Assembly: GCA_038231435.1 (NCBI GenBank)
Contig: JBBRLJ010000015.1
Coordinates: 1 to 64,000, forward strand
Direction of reading: 5' to 3'
Length of the DNA stretch: 64,000 bases
Source: Planctomycetota bacterium
GTDB lineage: Bacteria; Planctomycetota; UBA11346
Part shown: piece by piece, positions 47,285 through 57,768 of the stretch
Position numbering within the stretch: position 1 is the stretch's first letter
How the letters are laid out: every line of letters starts with the position of its first letter
Program-made: the position numbers and the translations under genes
The notes under the pieces: model-generated
Databases searched by the model: none
What the model saw: the letters and a program-made list of their open reading frames with translations, nothing else
What the model was told of the DNA's origin: nothing

Positions 47285-47689
47285 ATGCGCATCCCCCACG
47301 CCACGAACGTCTTCTGGCTCATCCTGCTGTTCATGACCGTGATGCCACGCCTGGACGCCGCCAGCGCTCCATCGCTCGAAGGCCAGGCCTTCACGATCAC
47401 CATCTTCTCTGAGCCGAAGAAGGTGATGGATAAGCTCACCTTCACCGCGAAGGAACTCGGCTGCGCGGCCATCGGCAATGCCAAGATCGCCTACACCGTG
47501 ACCCCCGACCCGAAGCATCCGAAGGACCTGAACTTCAGCGCCGAAACCAAGGACGCGCAAGGAACGCTGATCAAGATCACCGGCACCGCCTCGGGGAAGA
47601 TCGTCTCCGGCACCATCGACTTTACGCTGAAGAGCGGTGTGAAGAAGTCGCTGATGTTCTCGGGCGCCAAGGCCGGCGGAGGCAAGTAG
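47285..47689 (+). CDS. Small secreted beta-rich hypothetical protein
   Basis: Signal peptide, GGAG RBS, typical codon usage, first gene of the ECF operon. Confidence 0.75.
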   Translation: MRIPHATNVFWLILLFMTVMPRLDAASAPSLEGQAFTITIFSEPKKVMDKLTFTAKELGCAAIGNAKIAYTVTPDPKHPKDLNFSAETKDAQGTLIKITGTASGKIVSGTIDFTLKSGVKKSLMFSGAKAGGGK

Positions 47690-47694
47690 CGACG

Positions 47695-48234
47695 GTGGAC
47701 CTGTCGCCGACATCGGACCCGGATCGCGAGTCGATCGAGGCGCTCGTGCGCAACCACGAGCCCTACGTGCGCGGGCTTGCCGCACGTCTCGCCCCGACCA
47801 TCGCCGAGGGCGACGACATCGCCCAGGAATCCTTCCTGGTGCTGATCTGCAAGCGCAAGGATTTCGACCTCACCATCGACGTGAAGCCGCTGCTTGCCGC
47901 GATCGTGCGCAACCTCTCGCGCCAGGCGTGGGACCGTGCGATCCGCGACAACAAGCTCAGGCGCGACGAGCTCGCCGCCTACCTCGAAGAGATGGCCGCC
48001 GATGACGCGCCCTTGTACGAGAACTCGTGCAAGGATGCGCTGCGCAAATGCCTCGAGAAGACCACCGAGAAGGAGCGGGCGCTCTTGAACCTGCGCTATA
48101 CGGTCGGCTGCGATTCCCAGGACATCGCCGATCGCTTGTCGACCTCGGCCGAGGCGGTACGCATGGCGCTGGTGCGATTGCGCCAGCGCCTCAAGGGGTG
48201 CATCGAGAACACGCTCAAGGAGATGCCGGCATGA
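47695..48234 (+). CDS. ECF sigma-70 factor (resembles the PVC-type family)
   Basis: GDDIAQESFL region 2; ALRKCLEK..ERALLNLRY..SQDIA..AVRMALVRLRQRLKGCIE region 4. Confidence 0.88.
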   Translation: MDLSPTSDPDRESIEALVRNHEPYVRGLAARLAPTIAEGDDIAQESFLVLICKRKDFDLTIDVKPLLAAIVRNLSRQAWDRAIRDNKLRRDELAAYLEEMAADDAPLYENSCKDALRKCLEKTTEKERALLNLRYTVGCDSQDIADRLSTSAEAVRMALVRLRQRLKGCIENTLKEMPA

Positions 48235-49817
48235 GCTCCGCCGATCTCCACCTCGCCAGCCTGATCGAACGCCACCTCGAGGGCAACCTCGACGCGGACG
48301 GGCGCGCCGAGCTGTGCGGCCTGATCCGGGAGTCGCCCCAGGCGATGCAGCTGGTGCGCGAGCAAGCCGATCTCTCGACCATCCTCGCCGAGCATTTTTC
48401 CGGGGAAGAATTCACCGCCAGCACCGTGGACCGCATCCTCGCCGCGCGCGCCGGGCGCGACGCCCGCCCGATCGATCCGGCACGCGTCGTCTCCGCTCGT
48501 CACCGGCGGCCTCCGTCCGCGACGCGCAGCCGTGCCAGATCCGCCCCGGCCGATCCGGTCCGCCGGGAAACCCAGTTCCAGCGCATTGGTCTCGTTGCCG
48601 CGGGGTTGTGCGCACTGGTCGGTGGGATCCTGGTCGTGCACGAGCTCGGCCAGCCGACGCCGGTCGCGTCGATCCTCACCGATGCCGAAGGCACGGTGAC
48701 GCGCGGCGACCGTGAGATCGCCATCGCCGACGGTTCGCCGGTGATGGCGGGGGACGTCATCCACGTCGCCGACAGCGGACACGTGGACCTAGCCTATGCG
48801 GACGGCACTCGCCTGCGACTGTCCTCGAGGACGGTAGCCACGCTCGAACCCTCCAGTGACTCGGCTTCGGCCGGGAAGCGCGTCCATGTCCAGCATGGCG
48901 AGGTGGCGGCGCAGGTCGCCAAGCAGCCAGCCGGCTCGCCGATGGTGTTCACCTCCGACGATGCAGCGGCATCGGTGAACGGCGACAACCTGACCTTCGC
49001 CACCGCGACGGATGGCTCGCGGCTCGACGTCACCGCCGGGAAGGTGCGCCTGACGCGCGTCTCCGACGGCGCCAGCATCGACGTCGGCAACGGCGAGTTC
49101 GGCGTGGTCGCGTCTGGCAGCGAGCTGGTGGCCAAATCCAGCAAGCCCACGCCGAAGCCCGAGCCCGCGCTCGCGGGGGCGCAACAGAAGCAGGCCAACG
49201 CCAAGAAGCGGGTGTTGTTGCTGAGGCAGCATCCGACCGACGACCCGATGGTCGCCGCCCGCCTCGAGCATCTCGGTTACGATCTCCAGATCGTGTCCGA
49301 CAGTGCCGCGCAGGCCGCGGACGCGAATGGCATGTCACTGGTCGTGATTCCGGAGTCGGTGCTGGCGAGCAACGTGGGCACCAGATTCCGCGAGGTGAAG
49401 GTGCCGGTCCTGTGCTGGGAATCCGGACTGTGGGGCGACCTGGGAGAGAGTCGCGCTGGAGCGATCATCGAGAAGGATGCCAGCGTCGTCATCGCGGACG
49501 CCAAGAATCCGCTCGCACTGCGCTTCGCCGGAACGGGCAAGGTCTCGAACGCACCAGTCCACGCCGCCTTGGCGATGAAGAACGGCAAACCCCAGAAGGG
49601 CAAGATCGTCGTCCCGCCGGAACAGGATCCTCGCGCCATCGGCCTGTTCGCGTTCGACGCTGGCCAGGAGATGGACCAGGGGTTCAAGGCTCCCGCCCGG
49701 CGCGCGGGGTTTTCTCTGCACGGCACCGCCGAGGGTGCGCTCTCAGCCGAAGGCTGGGCCCTGTTCGACGCGGCGGTGCGCTGGTGCGCCGGCGATCCGC
49801 AGCCGCCCCGCAAGTGA
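48231..49817 (+). CDS. FecR-domain anti-sigma/sensor with a C-terminal flavodoxin/GATase-like domain
   Basis: LIERHLEGNL N-terminus; TM; GDVI..LAYADGTRLRL, GEVAAQVAKQP, SRLDVTAGKVRL (FecR); ATGA overlap with the sigma gene. Confidence 0.85.
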   Translation: MSSADLHLASLIERHLEGNLDADGRAELCGLIRESPQAMQLVREQADLSTILAEHFSGEEFTASTVDRILAARAGRDARPIDPARVVSARHRRPPSATRSRARSAPADPVRRETQFQRIGLVAAGLCALVGGILVVHELGQPTPVASILTDAEGTVTRGDREIAIADGSPVMAGDVIHVADSGHVDLAYADGTRLRLSSRTVATLEPSSDSASAGKRVHVQHGEVAAQVAKQPAGSPMVFTSDDAAASVNGDNLTFATATDGSRLDVTAGKVRLTRVSDGASIDVGNGEFGVVASGSELVAKSSKPTPKPEPALAGAQQKQANAKKRVLLLRQHPTDDPMVAARLEHLGYDLQIVSDSAAQAADANGMSLVVIPESVLASNVGTRFREVKVPVLCWESGLWGDLGESRAGAIIEKDASVVIADAKNPLALRFAGTGKVSNAPVHAALAMKNGKPQKGKIVVPPEQDPRAIGLFAFDAGQEMDQGFKAPARRAGFSLHGTAEGALSAEGWALFDAAVRWCAGDPQPPRK

Positions 49818-49852
49818 ACCTCGACGGGGACCGCATCGGGAGCTCGACGGCG

Positions 49853-50635
49853 ATGACCTCGACGCTGGCGCGACTCAAGATCCTCGGCGAAGCCGAGGCT
49901 CAGAGCTTCATCGAGGACGGTTGGGTGGTGGTGAAGGAGGCCTTCCCGCGCGAGCTGGCCGAGCGCATCGCGCCGCTGTTCTGGCGCTACCTGCGCGAGA
50001 AGCCCGACGATCCCTCGACCTGGACCCAGGAGGGGGTGCTGATCAAGACCAACATTGCCGACGAGCCCGCGCCGCAGGTGGTGACCCAGCGTTATCGCGA
50101 CGTCGTCGACGACCTCTGCGGAGGGGGCCGTGCCTGGCTCGATCCTAGACTGGGTTACGCGCCGATCCGCTTTCCCGGCTTCTCGTCTCCGCCATGGGCC
50201 GCCACCGGCTGGCACGTCGATGGCAACTTCTTCCACCACCATGTCCACTCGCGGGAGCAGGGCCTGGTCGGTGTCGACCTGTTTACCGAGATAGACGAAG
50301 GTGGCGGCGGCACCGCCGTGCGCGTGGGCTCGCACCGCATCGTCTCGCGCATCCTCGCCGCCCACGAGCCGGGCGGCCTGTCTCCGGCGCAGCTCGGGCA
50401 GCTCGCGAACGTCGAAACCGCGCGCTGCCGGGTCGTCGAGATCCGCGGCGGTCCCGGCGACGCGGTGCTCATGCATCCGCATCTGGTGCATGGCAGCAGC
50501 ACGAATCTCAGCCGTAGGGTCCGGCTCGCCGCGAACCGCTGCGTGTCGCTCTCCGAGCCGATGCGGCTCGAGCGCGACGATGGATCGGCGTATTCGCTCG
50601 TCGAACTGGCGATCCGCGCAGCCCTGGTCGAGTGA
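49853..50635 (+). CDS. Phytanoyl-CoA dioxygenase family Fe(II)/2OG oxygenase
   Basis: FIEDGWVVVKEAF, GWHVDG, GGGT..GSH, GDAVLMHPHLVHG. Alternative GTG at 49814 overlaps the upstream stop. Confidence 0.88.
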   Translation: MTSTLARLKILGEAEAQSFIEDGWVVVKEAFPRELAERIAPLFWRYLREKPDDPSTWTQEGVLIKTNIADEPAPQVVTQRYRDVVDDLCGGGRAWLDPRLGYAPIRFPGFSSPPWAATGWHVDGNFFHHHVHSREQGLVGVDLFTEIDEGGGGTAVRVGSHRIVSRILAAHEPGGLSPAQLGQLANVETARCRVVEIRGGPGDAVLMHPHLVHGSSTNLSRRVRLAANRCVSLSEPMRLERDDGSAYSLVELAIRAALVE

Positions 50636-50809
50636 AACGAGCCGCCCTCGACCTGGGGCACGTCGTTGGATGGCTCCTGGCTCCTTGGCTCCTGGTTGAT
50701 GAAGGCCGGATTCGATGACCAGGATGGGTCTCACAGCCCTAACAGAGGCTCGGTAGGGCCCGTCGGGGGGTGCACACGCGCAGCGTCGAGACCGCGGGTT
50801 CGATTCAAC

Positions 50810-50836
50810 GTAACCATCGACCGGCGTATCATCTGA
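50810..50836 (+). promoter_or_regulatory. Candidate ECF-type promoter for the MoxR/vWA operon
   Basis: GTAACC-N16-TCTGA, resembling the sigmaE-type GAACTT-N16-TCTGA, ending 4 nt before ATG 50841; no clear SD sequence. Confidence 0.3.
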
Positions 50837-50840
50837 AGCG

Positions 50841-52859
50841 ATGTTCGGCCGCCTCAACCCTGGCCGCCTGCCCTTCCTGGGCTTGGCGCTGGCCCCATGC
50901 GTCCTCGGCGGTGCCGAGGATGCCTCGGTGGCGACGTGTTCACGCGACAAGGAATCGCCTGCCGCCGCGGTCGGGGTGGCCCGGATCTGCTTCCCCGACG
51001 GCGCGCTCGCGCATGGCGTCGCCGCGATCAGCCAGCCATCCGGCCAGGCGGTCGGCGCGCGCGTGCTGTGGAGCGCGCCCGGCGAGCCCGCCACCATCCT
51101 CTTTGACGCCTCGGGCAACGCCGCCAGCTACGCCTTCCGCGGCGCCGCCAGCGAGGCCGCGTGGGAAGCGCGCGCCGGGGTGACGATCGAGGCCCGCCGT
51201 CGCGTCGACGGCCCGGCCGATACCTGGGAGCAGGCCTTGGCGCTGTGGAACCACTGCACCGAGGTCGAAGGTCGCGCGTTGGTGGCGAACGTCTTCCACG
51301 GCATCAACCCGTGCGGTGAGACCCGCGACTACGGCGCCGAATACCATGGCTGGTTCCAGGTGGCCAAGGCTGGCGACTACCGCTTCTCGACGCTGTCCGA
51401 CGACGCGTCGTTCATCGCCATCGACGGCAAGGTGCTGGTGCAGTGGGGCAGCCCGCACGGCCTCGATGGCGGCCAGCACGGCCAGCACGGCGCCAACATC
51501 ACCCTGCAGGCCGGCCCGCACCAGGTGCAGTACCTCTACTTCCAGTTCGGCGACAATCCGATCGTCGAGCTGGCCTGGCAGCCGCCGGGCGAGAAGCAGC
51601 CCTCGGTGATGCCGGCGAGCGCCTTCATCCCGATCGCCCAGTACCATGTCGATGCCATGACCTGGCCGGGCGAGCGGCCGTGGTTCTCGTGGGAGATGGC
51701 CGGCAACGCCATCGCTGGCGGCCAATCCCTGATCGAGGTCGCGCTGACGGCGCACCTGCCGAAGGGCGCCACCAAGGCGGTGTGGAGCTTCGACGATGGC
51801 GGCACCGCCGAGGGCCTCACCCCGCACCACTGCTTCGCCCGCGGCGGAACGCGCGAGGTGCGGCTCGAGACCTTCGCCGGCGCGGCCAAGCTCGAACCCT
51901 GCGCGCGGACCATCTCGGTGCATCCCCTGTGGACGCAACTCGAGGAATGGAGCGATGGCGCGCACAACCGCATGCGCGGCGATCTCGGCAAGCGCGACGT
52001 GCAGCGCATGCCGGCCGCGGATGTCCTGGCCCTGGTGCGCTACGCCGCCTTCATCGGCGACGGCGGCTGGATCACCGATATCGGCAAGGGTGTGCTCGCC
52101 GACGCCAAGCATTGGGGCGCGGGCGGCGCCGAGCTGCTCGGCGAGCTCGGGTTCCAATTGCAGGATCCGGACGTGCGCCAGTACGCGCCAGCCGCCGATG
52201 CGTGGCGCGCCTTCCTGTCGCTGGTGCCCGACCACACCCCGGCTCGTGAGCACGCGGCGCTGCACTGCGGCGGCCTGCTCATCCATTGCCTCGACCTGCC
52301 CGACGAGGCGCTGGCCATCCTCGGGTCGATCGATCCCAAGAAGCTCGAGCGCGAGGAGCCGCGCCTGCTCGCGCTCTATCTTGGCGACGGCGCGCTCGCC
52401 AAGGGAAACATCGACGGCGCGCGCGCCAAGTACGCAGAAGCCGGCGACGTGGTGAAGCCGGGCGATCTCGGCTACGCGGTGCGCCGGCGCACCCGCCTCG
52501 AGGCCGCCAAGGACTATTGCGCCCGTGGCGAGCACGAGCAGGCGCTGCAGGTGCTGCGCGAGATCGAGTGGGAGACGCCCGCAGAGCGCCTCGGCACCGA
52601 GACCGGGCTGCTGAAGGTGCGGGCGCATCTCGGACGCAAGGAGCTGCAGTTCGCGCTCGCCTGCTGCAAGCACATGCTGGTGGCCGTCGGACCCGACGAG
52701 CACCGCGCCGACGTGCTGTTCGCGCTGGTGCAGACCGAGCTGGCGTGCAAGGATCGCGCCGCTGCGATCGAAGCCGCTCGGGTCCTGGTGAAGGACCATC
52801 CCTACAGCGAGGCCGCGGCCAAGGCCAAGGACGCCGTGCCTGAGGCGGCGCACAGATGA
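50841..52859 (+). CDS. Exported PA14 + PKD + TPR protein
   Basis: PA14 (GWFQVAKAGDYRFSTLSDDASFIAIDG); PKD (WSFDDGGTAEG...H.FARGG); helical TPR-like C-terminus ending LVKDHPYSEAA. Confidence 0.85.
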   Translation: MFGRLNPGRLPFLGLALAPCVLGGAEDASVATCSRDKESPAAAVGVARICFPDGALAHGVAAISQPSGQAVGARVLWSAPGEPATILFDASGNAASYAFRGAASEAAWEARAGVTIEARRRVDGPADTWEQALALWNHCTEVEGRALVANVFHGINPCGETRDYGAEYHGWFQVAKAGDYRFSTLSDDASFIAIDGKVLVQWGSPHGLDGGQHGQHGANITLQAGPHQVQYLYFQFGDNPIVELAWQPPGEKQPSVMPASAFIPIAQYHVDAMTWPGERPWFSWEMAGNAIAGGQSLIEVALTAHLPKGATKAVWSFDDGGTAEGLTPHHCFARGGTREVRLETFAGAAKLEPCARTISVHPLWTQLEEWSDGAHNRMRGDLGKRDVQRMPAADVLALVRYAAFIGDGGWITDIGKGVLADAKHWGAGGAELLGELGFQLQDPDVRQYAPAADAWRAFLSLVPDHTPAREHAALHCGGLLIHCLDLPDEALAILGSIDPKKLEREEPRLLALYLGDGALAKGNIDGARAKYAEAGDVVKPGDLGYAVRRRTRLEAAKDYCARGEHEQALQVLREIEWETPAERLGTETGLLKVRAHLGRKELQFALACCKHMLVAVGPDEHRADVLFALVQTELACKDRAAAIEAARVLVKDHPYSEAAAKAKDAVPEAAHR

Positions 52860-52932
52860 GCCTCGCGCGCCGGTCACGCATCACGCTCTTCCGACATTCG
52901 ACTCCGCACGGATTCCTCAAAGGAACATCCCG

Positions 52933-54456
52933 ATGAAGACCTCCAACCGTCTTGTCCTCGCCGTCCTCGCATCCTGGGTGTTCGGTACCGCCGCCGAGGC
53001 GGCGAGCGAGAACGACTGGTTCGTCCCGCTCGGCCCGCCGCCCAAGGCGGCGCCGCGGCGCATCAACGGCGGCGAGAGCTTCCCGCCGCTGCCGCTTCCG
53101 GCCACGCCGTTGCGCCGCAGCGAGCGCAAGAAGCAGCCGAGCGCGCCGCCCTTGATCGGCAAGGTGGTGTGGGGCGAGGCCGCGTCGTTCACCTACGACA
53201 CCGGCGACAAGCTGGACATCAGCGATTGGAACCTCTGCCCCGGCGACCTGCAGCAGGTGCTCGAGAAATCCAAGCGCGTGCTCGGCGTCGCCTACGGATC
53301 CGAACAGGTTTCGCTGTCGTCATTCCACTACGATCCCGAGAAGCTGCCGGTGCTGTTCGTCAGCGGCGTGCGCTCGGTGGCATTCAGCGATGACCAGGTC
53401 GCGCAGCTGCGCGGCTACATGCTCAAGGGCGGCATGGTGATCTTCGATTCGGTCGCCGGTTCGCCGTACTTCACCGAGGCGGCGCGCTCGTTCGCGCGGC
53501 GCGCCTTCCCTGAGTCGCCTTTGCGCACCGTGCCCGCCGATCATCCTCTCTACCACATGACCTATGACATCGACAAGGTCGGCTTCCCGAAGAACGCGCC
53601 AGGTGATCGTCCAGCATACGAGGCCACCTACCTCGGCTGCCGCTGCGCGATCCTGATCTCGCCCTTCGGCCTGGGCACCGGCTGGGACGATCACGAGGTG
53701 CCGCTCCTGAAGCAGGCGATCTACTACGACGTCGAATCCTCGTCCAAGCTCGGCGTCGACCTCATCGCCTACGCCATCGGCTATGCCCACGTCGGCCAGG
53801 AGGAGGCCAAGCCCGAGCTGTTCGGCGCGCTCGACGAGAAGCGCCCGGCGAATGAGTTCGTGTTCGCGCAGATCCGCCACGAAGGCCATTGGGACGTGCA
53901 CCCTGGCGCCGCCGCTGCGCTTCTCGGACGTGTGTGCCAGGACACCGCCGTGGCGGCGAGCCGCAAGCGCGTGGCCGTGACGCCGGGCAAGGACGACCTG
54001 AGCCCGTTCCCGGTGCTGTTCCTCACCGGCATGGACGACTTCCATTTCTCGCCCGAGGCCCAGGCGGCGCTGAAGAACTTCCTCGCCGCGAACGGGACCC
54101 TGGTGATCGACAACGGCCTCGGCCTGGCGACCTTCGACGCCGCGGTGCGCCGCGAACTCGCGGGCATCATCCCCGGCGCGCAGCTCGCGCCGATCCCTGC
54201 CGACCACGCACTGTACTCGACCGCACTGCCGGTGCGCGAGGTGCAGTACACGCCGCTGGTGGCGCGCGAGAAGCCGGACCTCAAGTCGCCGTACCTCGAG
54301 GGCATCTCGATCGGCGGCGATCTGCGCGTGATCTACAGCCCGTACGATCTCGAGGCCGGCTGGGGCGGCTGCGAGCATCCGATGATGCGCGGCTTCCAGC
54401 CTTCGTCGGCGACGGCGATCGGCCTGGATGTGATCGTGTATTCGGTCACGCACTGA
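52933..54456 (+). CDS. Exported tandem DUF4159 protein
   Basis: Two internal repeats: PVLFVSG...LRGYMLKGG...VPADHPLY...SPFGLGTGW and PVLFLTG...LKNFLAANG...IPADHALY...SPYDLEAGW; signal peptide. Confidence 0.85.
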   Translation: MKTSNRLVLAVLASWVFGTAAEAASENDWFVPLGPPPKAAPRRINGGESFPPLPLPATPLRRSERKKQPSAPPLIGKVVWGEAASFTYDTGDKLDISDWNLCPGDLQQVLEKSKRVLGVAYGSEQVSLSSFHYDPEKLPVLFVSGVRSVAFSDDQVAQLRGYMLKGGMVIFDSVAGSPYFTEAARSFARRAFPESPLRTVPADHPLYHMTYDIDKVGFPKNAPGDRPAYEATYLGCRCAILISPFGLGTGWDDHEVPLLKQAIYYDVESSSKLGVDLIAYAIGYAHVGQEEAKPELFGALDEKRPANEFVFAQIRHEGHWDVHPGAAAALLGRVCQDTAVAASRKRVAVTPGKDDLSPFPVLFLTGMDDFHFSPEAQAALKNFLAANGTLVIDNGLGLATFDAAVRRELAGIIPGAQLAPIPADHALYSTALPVREVQYTPLVAREKPDLKSPYLEGISIGGDLRVIYSPYDLEAGWGGCEHPMMRGFQPSSATAIGLDVIVYSVTH

Positions 54457-54472
54457 TCCTCGAAACGGCTCC

Positions 54473-56815
54473 ATGATGGCCTCGACCAGCGCAGCAGCCG
54501 AATGCTCGGTCGCATCATCGGCGCCCATCGGGCGCCGATCGCGGCTGTCGGGCTTCGCCGCCGCCGCCGCCGCCGCCGCCGTTGCCTGGCTCGGGCCGGG
54601 CGCGGTGGCGCAAGCGGTCGAGGTACGGTTGTGCGCGCCTCTCGCGACCGTGGTCGCCGCGCCGGCCGCGCCCGCCGGCGACAAGCTGCTCACCGCCGAT
54701 GTCGCGGTGCCGCGCGACGCGCCCGCCGATCTCGGCGTCGGCGCCTACGTCTGCGACCGCGACGGGCACTGGTTCCAGCGCATCCTGCCCGGCGCGCTCG
54801 CGCCGGGTCGGCACCGCGTCGAATTCCCGCTCGGTGCGGACGAACTGCTGACCAGCGAGCCGAACCGCGCGCTGTGGCTGCCGGACGAGTCGCAGGTGTC
54901 GCTGCGCGCCGGACTGTTCTTCTACTCGGCGAGCTCGAGCCGAGCGACGCTCGCGGTCGATGACCTGCGCGTGGTGGCCGACCAGCCACGCGGCGGAGCT
55001 GCGCCCAACGTGGCGATCGCGCACCGCCTGCTCGAGACCGCGCTCGACGGTATGTCCGGCGATGGCGCCGCGCACATCGCCAGTGGCGAGCGCTGGTGCC
55101 TGCGCGCGCAGCCCCAGCCTTTTCCGGCAAATCCCTACGATGCCAGCGAGTTCAGCCTGGATCTGGTGGTGACCGGCCCCGATGGCGCCCAGCGGCGCAT
55201 CGCGGGATTCTTCCAGCAGCCGATGGCTGAGCGGGATCGCGGCGACCGCGAGGTGCTCGCGCCCTCGGGAGCCGGCTCCTTCATGGTACGCTTCCGTCCC
55301 GCGCGCGCGGGGCACTACGCGCTGCGGCTCGAGGCGCGCTGGCGCGATGGTGCGGTCGTCGCCCAGGCGCTTCCCGACCTGGTCGCTGACGGCGTCTCGC
55401 GCCAGGCCTACGCCGCGGTGGATGCGGCGGATCCCAGGTTCTTCAGCCTGCGCTCGAGCGGCGCGGCGGACGGGGCATTCTGGTGGCCGGTGGGCCTGAA
55501 CCTGCATTCGCCTTACGACCTGCGCAGTCGCGACGCGCTCGGCACCCGGCTCACGCCCGACCGCGGCAGCCTGGTCTACGACGCGATGTTCGACCGGCTC
55601 GCGGCCGCAGGCGGCGACGCCTGCGAGATCTGGATGTCGAGCTGGAACGTCGGCCTCGAATGGCGTTCGGACTGGCCGGGATTCCAAGGCATGGGCCGCT
55701 ACAACCAGGGCAACGCCTGGAAGCTCGACGCCATCCTCGACCACGCGCTCGCGCGCGGCATCCGCGTCAACCTGGTGATCAACAACCACGGCCAGGCCTC
55801 CGCCAACGCCGACCGCGAATGGAAGGACAATCCCTGGAATTCCGCCCTCGGCGGTCCCATCGACCATCCCATCGACATGTTCGCCGATCCCGCCGCGCTC
55901 GCCGGCCAGGAGCGCCTGCGCCGTTACATCATCGCCCGATACGCCGACCATCCCGCCATTCTCGGCTGGAAGTTGTGGTCCGAGGTCGACCTCACCGCTG
56001 CGCGCGGCGAGGTGGCGTGGCGTTGGCACGAGCAGGCTGCGGCGCGCTGGCACGCGCTCGACGGCTACCGCCATCCGGTAACCACCCATTGGGCCGGCGA
56101 TTTCCGGCGCGTGAATCCCGCGGTCGCGGTGCTGCCTGGCATCGACTACCTGTGCATCGACGCCTATCGCCACGCCAACGCCAACGGCGCGTGGCGGCTG
56201 CTCGCCGACATCCTCTCCGACAGCACCGTCTATCCGGGCCGCGGCTTGGCCATGTACGGCAAGCCGATCCTGACCACCGAGTTCGGCGCCGGATCCGGCG
56301 CATCGCCCGAGCCGTGCCGGCTGGTCGATCACCTCACCGGCGCGTGGGCGGCGCTGGTGTCTGGCCACGCCGGCGCGCCGATGCTGTGGTGGTTCGAGTG
56401 GGTCGACCAGGGCGAGCGCTGGCAGCCCTTCATCGCCATACGCTCCTTCATCGGCGGCGAGGATCTGCGCGGCGGGCGCTCGGCCGCGCTCGATGCCACG
56501 CCCGACGATCTCTGGGCGCGCTGCTGGGTGCGCCAGGGCCGGCTGCTCGGCTACCTGCTCGATCGCCGCTGGGGCGCGGATGGCAGCGCACATGGAGAGA
56601 TCGCCGGCGCGACGGTGACGATCGGCGGCCAGGTCGGCGCCGGCAGCCTGCGTCTGGAATGGTGGAACGCCGACAGCGGCGAGCTGATGTCGACGAGAGA
56701 GTTCTACCATCCTGGTGGCGCGCTGGCCCTGTCCGCGCCGACCTTCGCCCGCCACATCGCCTTCAAGCTCGGCCGCGCCGAGTCGAACGACGGCGCGGCC
56801 GGTGGCACACCATGA
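54473..56815 (+). CDS. DUF5060 + clan GH-A (GH5-like) glycoside hydrolase domain protein
   Basis: NPYD..SLDLVVTGPDG..IAGFF, VRFRP..G.Y (DUF5060); RYIIARYA..ILGWKLWSE (acid/base) and KPILTTEFG (nucleophile). Confidence 0.8.
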   Translation: MMASTSAAAECSVASSAPIGRRSRLSGFAAAAAAAAVAWLGPGAVAQAVEVRLCAPLATVVAAPAAPAGDKLLTADVAVPRDAPADLGVGAYVCDRDGHWFQRILPGALAPGRHRVEFPLGADELLTSEPNRALWLPDESQVSLRAGLFFYSASSSRATLAVDDLRVVADQPRGGAAPNVAIAHRLLETALDGMSGDGAAHIASGERWCLRAQPQPFPANPYDASEFSLDLVVTGPDGAQRRIAGFFQQPMAERDRGDREVLAPSGAGSFMVRFRPARAGHYALRLEARWRDGAVVAQALPDLVADGVSRQAYAAVDAADPRFFSLRSSGAADGAFWWPVGLNLHSPYDLRSRDALGTRLTPDRGSLVYDAMFDRLAAAGGDACEIWMSSWNVGLEWRSDWPGFQGMGRYNQGNAWKLDAILDHALARGIRVNLVINNHGQASANADREWKDNPWNSALGGPIDHPIDMFADPAALAGQERLRRYIIARYADHPAILGWKLWSEVDLTAARGEVAWRWHEQAAARWHALDGYRHPVTTHWAGDFRRVNPAVAVLPGIDYLCIDAYRHANANGAWRLLADILSDSTVYPGRGLAMYGKPILTTEFGAGSGASPEPCRLVDHLTGAWAALVSGHAGAPMLWWFEWVDQGERWQPFIAIRSFIGGEDLRGGRSAALDATPDDLWARCWVRQGRLLGYLLDRRWGADGSAHGEIAGATVTIGGQVGAGSLRLEWWNADSGELMSTREFYHPGGALALSAPTFARHIAFKLGRAESNDGAAGGTP

Positions 56816-57768
56816 GCGATGTCGTGATCCGCGCCAAGAGCCGCATCCCGTCAGTGTTCCTCGCATCGTCGCTGCTCATCCTCATGCCGATCGTGGTCGT
56901 GGCCGAGGATGCCGCGCCCGCGGATGTCGCGATCTCGGTCACGGTCCGCGACTTGGCCTTCGGCCAACGCATCGACTACGTCCTGGGCGATGGCCAGCAT
57001 CCGTTCGTGGACGAGGACAACCGGCGGGCGCTGCTCGGCTTCGACGCGCGGGCGAACGGACGTGTCGCCGTCTTGGGATTCTCGGCGCTGGCGTTCACGG
57101 AATGCGTCTCCGACAGCGGCGAGGCGCTCGACCCGACGCTGCCGCTGACCGTGGGCGGCACCGTCGACCATGAGCGCAAGGCCGATCCGGTGATCGCGCT
57201 GTTCACCGTCGGCATGCCGATCGGCAAGCATCCATATGCCGGCATCGCGCGCCTGCGCGGCACCGTTGAGGTTCAGTATGCGAGCGGCGATCCGGAGCGA
57301 TGGGATGTGACATTCGCGGCGCTCAAGGCTGGAGACACATCAGGGGACAAGGCCAGCGACGACTGCGCGATCGGTGGGCACGAGGACCTCACCCTCGCGG
57401 TGGCGGATCCGGCGGATCCCAGTCCCGGTGGTCAGCTCGCGCTGCGCGTCAGCCCCCAGGCGCGGCTCGCGGTAGTGGATCTCGAGTTCCGCGACGGCGC
57501 GGGCAAGCCCATCGCCATCAAGAGCAAGCGGCCCGACCGCCGCGACGCCAAGCCCGGGAAGCGCAAACGCCAGCCGGTGGGCGGCAAGGACGACGTGCTG
57601 ATCTACGCGGTGACGCTGCCCGACGACGCCAGCGTCACCGTGCGCTACTACCCGACGATCGAGCGCCGCACCGTGCCGATCGCGATCGACGCCCTGCCCT
57701 TCGGGCTGACGCTGTCCGGTCACGACGGCGTACGCGGCGAACCGCCACGGGGGGCGGATGATCTCTGA
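56812..57768 (+). CDS. Exported hypothetical protein
   Basis: Signal peptide; ATGA overlap; paralogous to the N-terminal part of the next gene. Confidence 0.75.
   Translation: MSDVVIRAKSRIPSVFLASSLLILMPIVVVAEDAAPADVAISVTVRDLAFGQRIDYVLGDGQHPFVDEDNRRALLGFDARANGRVAVLGFSALAFTECVSDSGEALDPTLPLTVGGTVDHERKADPVIALFTVGMPIGKHPYAGIARLRGTVEVQYASGDPERWDVTFAALKAGDTSGDKASDDCAIGGHEDLTLAVADPADPSPGGQLALRVSPQARLAVVDLEFRDGAGKPIAIKSKRPDRRDAKPGKRKRQPVGGKDDVLIYAVTLPDDASVTVRYYPTIERRTVPIAIDALPFGLTLSGHDGVRGEPPRGADDL

Noticed and set aside
54556..54580. (GCC)n tract as a phase-variation switch
   Set aside because: A trinucleotide unit keeps the frame; it encodes poly-Ala in a signal-like segment.
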